From IMG/VR virus record IMGVR_UViG_3300027822_000004: a stretch of DNA of 44,316 nt; one strand, given 5' to 3'. The notes beneath the pieces were generated by a model, which was not told the DNA's origin, did no database searches, and saw only the letters and a program-made list of their open reading frames with translations. This DNA is from a virus. The position numbers were made by a program, and so were the translations under genes. Each line of letters begins with the position of its first letter. The stretch's first letter is position 1. Of the stretch, positions 29,564-34,318 are shown piece after piece.

Positions 29564-30079
29564 TTATTCATCTTCTAAATCCTCTAAATTAACAGACGGT
29601 AATGGAATACCTCTATTCTTTAATAACCTTTCAGGATCACCTTCATAATTTTTTTCTGATTCAACTTTAATTGAAACATCTTCTTTGATACCATAAACAT
29701 TTGATGTAAGAAGTTTTATAATTCCATTATTAACTTGCTGTTGAGGTTTAAAAGCAGTTGTAGAAAGCCGTTCCCTCCAATTAGCTTCACCAAGTTTTAA
29801 ACCACTAATTATTGCTTGATTAAATGATGGAAATTTTTTCATCCATAAAAGAAGTGTAGGCATGCTACATAATAAAGCCTTGCAACAATGAGCTTTTGTT
29901 TTTGCAGTTCTTGACGTGCTTAAAAGTTTGTAAACAATATCATCATATTCAGGTTTATATGAAAACTGACCATATTTCTTTTTTCTATTACGATCAATTG
30001 GGCCTATTAATGGTTTTTGTTGGGAAGAGTGTTCCATTAATTCATCAGGAACTTCAACTGGATTTTTTCTTGCAGCCAT
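29564..30079 (-). CDS. terS: Terminase small subunit-like protein
   Basis: 171 aa. The HTH-like block HCCKALLCSMPTLLLWMKKFPSFNQAIISGLKLGEANWRERL resembles the conserved N-terminal region of small terminases. Confidence 0.5.
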   Translation of the reverse strand: MAARKNPVEVPDELMEHSSQQKPLIGPIDRNRKKKYGQFSYKPEYDDIVYKLLSTSRTAKTKAHCCKALLCSMPTLLLWMKKFPSFNQAIISGLKLGEANWRERLSTTAFKPQQQVNNGIIKLLTSNVYGIKEDVSIKVESEKNYEGDPERLLKNRGIPLPSVNLEDLEDE

Positions 30080-30081
30080 AA

Positions 30082-30273
30082 TTATATCTTTTGTATATTA
30101 TCAACAAAATGAAAACCATTACAAATATCACATAAAATTAAATCATTAATAACTAAATGTCGATTAACAAAATCCTTTTTAACATTCTTTCTTGAACAAA
30201 TATAATAATATCCCTGTTCACTCTTTTTCCAAACGACTATATTATCAATGTTTAATTTTTTAAAAATTTGCAT
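30082..30273 (-). CDS. Hypothetical protein, first gene of the late arm
   Basis: 63-aa ORF. Its ATG lies 6 nt downstream of a -10 box, so the mRNA may be leaderless. Confidence 0.4.
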   Translation of the reverse strand: MQIFKKLNIDNIVVWKKSEQGYYYICSRKNVKKDFVNRHLVINDLILCDICNGFHFVDNIQKI

Positions 30274-30279
30274 GATTAA

Positions 30280-30308
30280 AATATAAAATAAATTCTAATA
30301 TATGTCAA
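30280..30308 (-). promoter_or_regulatory. Sigma70-type promoter, TTGACA-N17-TATATT
   Basis: The -35 box is revcomp of tgtcaa at 30303-30308. The -10 box is revcomp of aatata at 30280-30285. It faces the late operon. Confidence 0.5.
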
Positions 30309-30515
30309 CCCTTTTTATAAAGGAACGCGCGTATATCACAATAAAATACCATTGTCAATAGTAAATTCAACTATTTTCATTTTTCACTTTTTTACCCGCT
30401 GTAATTGCGTGATTTCATTAATAAATTTAACAAATTTAGGGATGAACGGGTTTCAGGGTTATTACCCCCGGTAGTATTTGAGAATAATATATATTTTTAT
30501 GATTTCTAATACTGT

Positions 30516-30543
30516 TTGACAGAAATAAGGGAAAATATATATT
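30516..30543 (+). promoter_or_regulatory. Sigma70-type promoter, TTGACA-N16-TATATT, with no downstream plus-strand ORF
   Basis: ttgaca at 30516-30521 and tatatt at 30538-30543. Confidence 0.4.
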
Positions 30544-30572
30544 TGTTTTCTGTAATCTCCCGGATATAAAAA

Positions 30573-30599
30573 AACCCTAAAAACCCTAACAACCCTAAA
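30573..30599. repeat. Three tandem 9-bp units: aaccctaaa aaccctaac aaccctaaa
   Basis: Read directly. Inverted partners are TTAGGGAT at 30627-30634 and 30648-30655, TAGGGTT at 30658-30664, and a further TTAGGGAT at 30436-30443. Confidence 0.85.
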
Positions 30600-30612
30600 A
30601 GACCTTGAATTT

Positions 30613-30641
30613 ATTATAAATAGAAATTAGGGATTGATGAA
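30613..30641 (-). promoter_or_regulatory. Promoter-like element TTCATC-N17-TATAAT containing an ATCCCTAA box
   Basis: Perfect -10 (revcomp of attata at 30613-30618) and a weak -35. ATCCCTAA sits 8 nt upstream of the -10, the same spacing as in the 37160 promoter. Confidence 0.35.
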
Positions 30642-30668
30642 AAAAACTTAGGGATGATAGGGTTTTTT

Positions 30669-30688
30669 GTCTCAAGTTAGCTTGAGAC
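30669..30688 (+). terminator. Perfect 8-bp hairpin gtctcaag-ttag-cttgagac, flanked by T6 upstream and cacTTTT downstream
   Basis: Read directly. The U-tract after the stem is short on the plus strand, and the minus strand has an A-tract there. It is therefore only a weak terminator candidate on the plus strand. Confidence 0.3.
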
Positions 30689-30743
30689 ACTTTTAGGATG
30701 AAAAGATCAAAAAAAACAAAGTTTGCCCCTCATTTTTAAAAGT

Positions 30744-30929
30744 TCAAAATATTGAACCTTTTTTTGGGCTGAGGGACGGTTTTTGATTTTGAAAATATCC
30801 TAAAAGATAGCAAGATAATCCATATAAAAAGACATCAAATCCTGATTTATTTTCATATATAATGATATAATTCAAAAGAATGGCTGCTGTACCAATTAAT
30901 ATTATGGGGATTAGTTTAACCACTTCCAC
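30744..30929 (-). CDS. Small two-TM membrane protein
   Basis: 61-aa hydrophobic ORF (LIPIILIGTAAILLNYIIIY, VFLYGLSCYLLGYF). Confidence 0.4.
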   Translation of the reverse strand: MEVVKLIPIILIGTAAILLNYIIIYENKSGFDVFLYGLSCYLLGYFQNQKPSLSPKKGSIF

Positions 30930-30949
30930 CCTCCCGTTGGGTTAAGGGG

Positions 30950-31171
30950 TTATTTTAATTCTGTTGTTTGTACAAACCATGTTCCATATTTGATAATACC
31001 ATGAAACTCTTTACCTGTTTTCCAGTACACCCCAAACTTCTTTGTTACTTTTTTAAAATAACCCGACACGCCACCGTCAGCCATATTATAGAACCTGTTT
31101 TTATTTAACCATGTTGGTTTACAATAACCATAATATCCTGGAACTATACTAATTATTCCTTTATCCATCAC
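30950..31171 (-). CDS. Hypothetical protein
   Basis: 73-aa ORF with GGAGGG-type RBS context. Confidence 0.45.
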   Translation of the reverse strand: MMDKGIISIVPGYYGYCKPTWLNKNRFYNMADGGVSGYFKKVTKKFGVYWKTGKEFHGIIKYGTWFVQTTELK

Positions 31172-31183
31172 TCCCTCCCTTTC

Positions 31184-31477
31184 TCAGGTGGTTTGGTTAT
31201 TATATTGTCTTTCTTTTTCCAGCAGTTTGTACGCTTCCTGGATTCTAAACGAAGTATTTTCTATTTTCTTTTTATAACGATCTATCCATTCATTACATCG
31301 GTTTATTTCCTCTTGAATAGCTTCTCTCGCGATTGTACAGAACGGCTTGTCAACTCTTAAGAGACTACCGAACGGTAGATATCTGCCTTCAAGATAATAA
31401 AATTTGTCTGTTTCCTTAATAATTTTTGCTTTATATATAGCGCTTTTGTATACAGCATAAACATATTTTTTCATCAC
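31184..31477 (-). CDS. Hypothetical protein
   Basis: 97-aa ORF. ATGA overlap with the upstream gene. Confidence 0.45.
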   Translation of the reverse strand: MMKKYVYAVYKSAIYKAKIIKETDKFYYLEGRYLPFGSLLRVDKPFCTIAREAIQEEINRCNEWIDRYKKKIENTSFRIQEAYKLLEKERQYNNQTT

Positions 31478-31812
31478 TCCCCCTCTATGTTATCGATGAT
31501 TTTTTGAAGGTCAAATGCACAAGAATGCCATGCATCCTTTGCGCCTTGCCTGTTATCATCATACGCTCTTTGTTCCCACTGATTTTTCAACCCCTTCAGC
31601 AGATCAAGGACTTCGGATTGATCACGAGTATTCCACGCTTTAATTGCATCTTCTTCTGTTTCACCACCACAGCTATCAGCTATCGAACCTGTACAATGAC
31701 ACTGAGTGCACTTTACAAAAGCAGTCCTGCAAGCATCTTTTGACTCTGTTTTAAAATCACTTTGTAGTGTTGGAATCCCTCCACAAAGCGGGCATGGTTT
31801 TAGTTTCTTCAT
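31474..31812 (-). CDS. Lar-family restriction alleviation-like zinc-ribbon protein with C-terminal extension
   Basis: LKPCPLCGG ... KCTQCHC ... EEDAIKAWNTR matches the characteristic Lar family pattern (CPFCGG ... C..C ... AI.AWNRR). Confidence 0.55.
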   Translation of the reverse strand: MKKLKPCPLCGGIPTLQSDFKTESKDACRTAFVKCTQCHCTGSIADSCGGETEEDAIKAWNTRDQSEVLDLLKGLKNQWEQRAYDDNRQGAKDAWHSCAFDLQKIIDNIEGE

Positions 31813-32042
31813 TTCAGCCTCTTGATGAGTTGTTTAAGTTCGACCCTTGTTGTTTCTGGATCTTCCCCCCAATCAAAATCAAAAAGTATTATATTAAGTT
31901 TGTTTATGATTTCTGCCTTCTCCACCATATGCTGTTGTACGTATTGCCATATGGCTTTGTCTGCTTTTTCCCAAGTTTCATGACGAACTTGTTCTCTATA
32001 CGAAAAAGCGTCTTGTTGATATGGATTCTCAGGCTTTTTCAT
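31809..32042 (-). CDS. Hypothetical protein (start re-assigned)
   Basis: The track ORF 31809-32177 overlaps 32029-32235 in another frame. The internal ATG at 32042 (MKKPENPYQQ...) has AAGGAAA upstream and gives a compact arrangement. Confidence 0.4.
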   Translation of the reverse strand: MKKPENPYQQDAFSYREQVRHETWEKADKAIWQYVQQHMVEKAEIINKLNIILFDFDWGEDPETTRVELKQLIKRLK

Positions 32043-32235
32043 CGGTTGTTTCCTTTCGCTTATAGCAGGGGCAGTCAAAATAAGGGATGTGTTTAAATAC
32101 AAAAGAGCCATCAAAATGAGATCCACTTGGAATATGAGGTGGGGTAGGCCACCACTGACAATCTCCCCTTGGTTCAAGCAAATCTTCTATCCATATCGGT
32201 TCATACTCGCATGTTAAACATGATTCATCTTTCAT
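32029..32235 (-). CDS. Small Cys-rich protein
   Basis: 68 aa. CLTC ... C ... CPC pattern. ATGA overlap with the upstream mini-ORF. Confidence 0.4.
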   Translation of the reverse strand: MKDESCLTCEYEPIWIEDLLEPRGDCQWWPTPPHIPSGSHFDGSFVFKHIPYFDCPCYKRKETTDEKA

Positions 32236-32402
32236 TGGGTTTCCTCCCAGTAGTCATGTTCCCAATCTTCTTTAAACATGCTCCAATGTAATTCACAAAG
32301 ATCACAGCATGTTTCTTTATTGAAATAAATAACGTCACGACCACAAATAGCACATGATTCTGTTGAATATAAATCCTCGTCATTTGGTGTATATTTTGGC
32401 AT
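32232..32402 (-). CDS. Small zinc-ribbon-like protein (56 aa, below the track cutoff)
   Basis: Hand-translated as MPKYTPNDEDLYSTESCAICGRDVIYFNKETCCDLCELHWSMFKEDWEHDYWEETQ. Confidence 0.4.
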   Translation of the reverse strand: MPKYTPNDEDLYSTESCAICGRDVIYFNKETCCDLCELHWSMFKEDWEHDYWEETQ

Positions 32403-32404
32403 CT

Positions 32405-32575
32405 CTACCCATCCTTTTTGATTAACTGTGTAACTTCGTGGATTTCTTTATTTTTATCTTTGTACTCAGGATCACAATTATTGCATGTCCACCCCGGATC
32501 TAAACTGCCCTTTGGAGTGGTCCTGTGTAAAGGTTCTTCGGAAACTGGTACTTCGCATTGGATACATTTTTTCAT
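32405..32575 (-). CDS. Small zinc-ribbon-like protein (56 aa, below the track cutoff)
   Basis: Hand-translated as MKKCIQCEVPVSEEPLHRTTPKGSLDPGWTCNNCDPEYKDKNKEIHEVTQLIKKDG. CxxC ... CxxC pattern. Confidence 0.4.
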   Translation of the reverse strand: MKKCIQCEVPVSEEPLHRTTPKGSLDPGWTCNNCDPEYKDKNKEIHEVTQLIKKDG

Positions 32576-32591
32576 GTTTATTCCTTTTTGA

Positions 32592-33185
32592 TTAGAGCTT
32601 GTTTGAATTAAAAACTGCCCTCGAAAAACCCTGCGGAGTTTTACCTCTTATCTCAGCACGATTCTTTGAGGGTGGCAATAAATGCATTTTAGAGCCTTCA
32701 ACCGGATCAACTTCGTTTTTGGGAGGCATCACAAAGCCACCACCAGTCCACAGGCATGTTTTTTTTGTATAAGGATCACCATAATCACAGGGCTGAAACC
32801 TGTAATCCGGTGTCCTCCAGTAAGTTGAAACAGTGCTCACCGGATTTTCTATAAAATACGGAGCCTCGCACCATTCAGCCAGCTTAATTGATATATAAAA
32901 GAGTTCCAAAGCATTTATTAACGCCCCTAAACCCTTATCTTTGAACCATCTGGCACCGGACACAGACACATCGGTGCATGGTGGAAAGAAGGCAGCAAAA
33001 ACAATATTCTTTCTTGGCGGCATCCAATCACGCATATCTGCACCGACTTTAATAATATTGCCCCTTCTGTTTTCACCAGGCGCGTGTTCAATATCAACGC
33101 AATAACAAAGATACCCGGCCTTGGCCCACGGTTGAACAAATACTGTAGATTTATCAAAACAACTTATTACAACATCCTCAGTCAT
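32592..33185 (-). CDS. Short DNA (cytosine-5) methyltransferase-like protein
   Basis: 197 aa. FFPPCTDVSVSGA matches motif IV (PPC..FS.AG), FIENPVS matches motif VI (ENV) and TPQGFSRAVF resembles motif X. There is no canonical FxGxGG motif I and no long target-recognition domain. Confidence 0.55.
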   Translation of the reverse strand: MTEDVVISCFDKSTVFVQPWAKAGYLCYCVDIEHAPGENRRGNIIKVGADMRDWMPPRKNIVFAAFFPPCTDVSVSGARWFKDKGLGALINALELFYISIKLAEWCEAPYFIENPVSTVSTYWRTPDYRFQPCDYGDPYTKKTCLWTGGGFVMPPKNEVDPVEGSKMHLLPPSKNRAEIRGKTPQGFSRAVFNSNKL

Positions 33186-33399
33186 CTTTCATCACTTCCT
33201 TCCAGCAACAATCGGGCAACCAATAATTTGCATCTTCTTTTTCAAAAGCATCTTGCGCTATAAAAACAAGTTCAACCTTTTTCCCTGATATTCTTTCACA
33301 AAGTTTAATAAACACGGGATCGGTCCTGTGTCCTTCTTTACCTTCAAAGAAATCATCAATAACATCCATTAAGTTGTCTACAATTTTAGCTTTCATCAC
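33178..33399 (-). CDS. Hypothetical protein
   Basis: 73 aa. Start context TACGGAGGCGTGATG (GTG at 33399 or ATG at 33396). Confidence 0.5.
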   Translation of the reverse strand: MMKAKIVDNLMDVIDDFFEGKEGHRTDPVFIKLCERISGKKVELVFIAQDAFEKEDANYWLPDCCWKEVMKDD

Positions 33400-33593
33400 G
33401 CCTCCGTATTTTTCACCACTTCCTTTAATTCGTCTGGAACGTTATAATTATAAAGATATCCGTAGCAAACCTCTACGCTTACACAATGTCCCGTTGATTT
33501 AGCGTGTCTTGCTCCAACACCATGAGCGTTTCTTGATTCCCAGGTTTTCCCACATTCTTCACATTCTGCTACTGCATGTATTAATCCCATCAC
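33396..33593 (-). CDS. Small zinc-binding protein
   Basis: 65 aa. CEECGKTW ... HAKSTGHC pattern. Same TACGGAGGCGTGATG start context (GTG at 33593 or ATG at 33590). Confidence 0.5.
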   Translation of the reverse strand: MMGLIHAVAECEECGKTWESRNAHGVGARHAKSTGHCVSVEVCYGYLYNYNVPDELKEVVKNTEA

Positions 33594-33594
33594 G

Positions 33595-33617
33595 CCTCCG
33601 TATCATGGGTGGGGTTA
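33595..33617. repeat. 23-nt junction repeat, copy 1 (cctccgtatcatgggtggggtta)
   Basis: Identical to 33777-33799. On the minus strand it reads TAACCCCACCCATGATACGGAGG, that is, a stop region plus RBS. Confidence 0.85.
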
Positions 33618-33767
33618 ATAATCCGAGCCTTCAATCCACCAGACATGACCACATTTACACTTATAGTAGTAATCTGTAACTGCACTGTAACAAGATACCC
33701 ATTCTTTATATAATGTCTGATAGCCCCTGCATCTGGGGCATTTCATTTTGCCCTTATACCACTTCAT
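33615..33767 (-). CDS. Small zinc-ribbon protein (50 aa, below the track cutoff)
   Basis: Hand-translated as MKWYKGKMKCPRCRGYQTLYKEWVSCYSAVTDYYYKCKCGHVWWIEGSDY. GGAGG lies 9 nt upstream. Confidence 0.4.
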   Translation of the reverse strand: MKWYKGKMKCPRCRGYQTLYKEWVSCYSAVTDYYYKCKCGHVWWIEGSDY

Positions 33768-33960
33768 TTTTTATTACCTCCGTATCATGGGTGGGGTTAT
33801 TTTTACTATAATCACAGACCACAGATTTTTTGGATAAACAATTAAACGCTTTGTCTCTATCTTTTTTGGTTTTATATCGCTTCCAAACTTGCCACCCATG
33901 GGCGCGAAGCAATGGCCACTCTCTTTTGTATCTATGATATAATGGATATTTTTTATCCAC
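33754..33960 (-). CDS. Hypothetical basic protein (GTG start)
   Basis: 68 aa. GGAGGTAATAAAAA precedes the GTG. The same RBS string recurs at 33767-33781. Confidence 0.45.
   Translation of the reverse strand: MDKKYPLYHRYKREWPLLRAHGWQVWKRYKTKKDRDKAFNCLSKKSVVCDYSKNNPTHDTEVIKNEVV
33777..33799. repeat. 23-nt junction repeat, copy 2
   Basis: Identical to 33595-33617. Confidence 0.85.
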
Positions 33961-34135
33961 TTTTTATTACCTCCCTACAATCCCTGATCTTACGGGCATC
34001 GGCTTTCAAAAGCCGTTCATGGCTTACTTCAACTTTAAACCAATATTCACAATATTCAGAACAAAATGGAGGATGCTTACCGGCATGGATATAGCCTTCA
34101 CAATAGATACATTCTGTTACTGGTTGGTTTTTCAT
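33953..34135 (-). CDS. Small zinc-ribbon-like protein
   Basis: 60 aa. CIYCEG ... FCSEYC pattern. GGAGG lies 8 nt upstream. Confidence 0.5.
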   Translation of the reverse strand: MKNQPVTECIYCEGYIHAGKHPPFCSEYCEYWFKVEVSHERLLKADARKIRDCREVIKSG

Positions 34136-34167
34136 CTATTCATCCTCCGTTATGGTTGTTTAAAGTG

Positions 34168-34305
34168 AGCCGGGAAACAGGGTAAAATTGCCATGGTAAT
34201 TACCCCGGCTTTTATATAGCGCCCGACCCCGCGCTGGTTGTTTGCCGGTCGCTGTACCAATACCACCCCTCGGTTAATACAGTCGTTACCGATGGCTTGA
34301 CCGGC
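34168..34305 (-). other. GC-rich structured intergenic element with three stem-loops
   Basis: Stem 1: agccggg 34168-34174 pairs with cccggct 34204-34210. Stem 2: agcgc 34218-34222 pairs with gcgct 34231-34235. Stem 3: gccggtc 34244-34250 pairs with gaccggc 34299-34305. No ORF is present. Confidence 0.45.
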
Positions 34306-34318
34306 TTAATTAAAAAAA

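Noticed and set aside
30573-30664. Short repeats considered as a CRISPR array or as telomere-like (CCCTAA)n sequence.
   Set aside because: The units are 9 bp, contiguous, without spacers and partly inverted, so they are not CRISPR. The resemblance to eukaryotic telomere repeats is most simply coincidental for a 6-mer in a bacterial virus.
30669-30688. Hairpin considered as the intrinsic terminator of the minus-strand early operon that ends at 30744.
   Set aside because: On the minus-strand RNA the stem is followed by an A-tract, not a U-tract. Only the plus-strand orientation has a (weak) U-tract.
32043-32177. N-terminal 45 codons of track ORF 31809-32177.
   Set aside because: This part overlaps the Cys-rich ORF 32029-32235 in another frame and has a hydrophobic, low-complexity translation. 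The internal start at 32042 with an RBS is more plausible.
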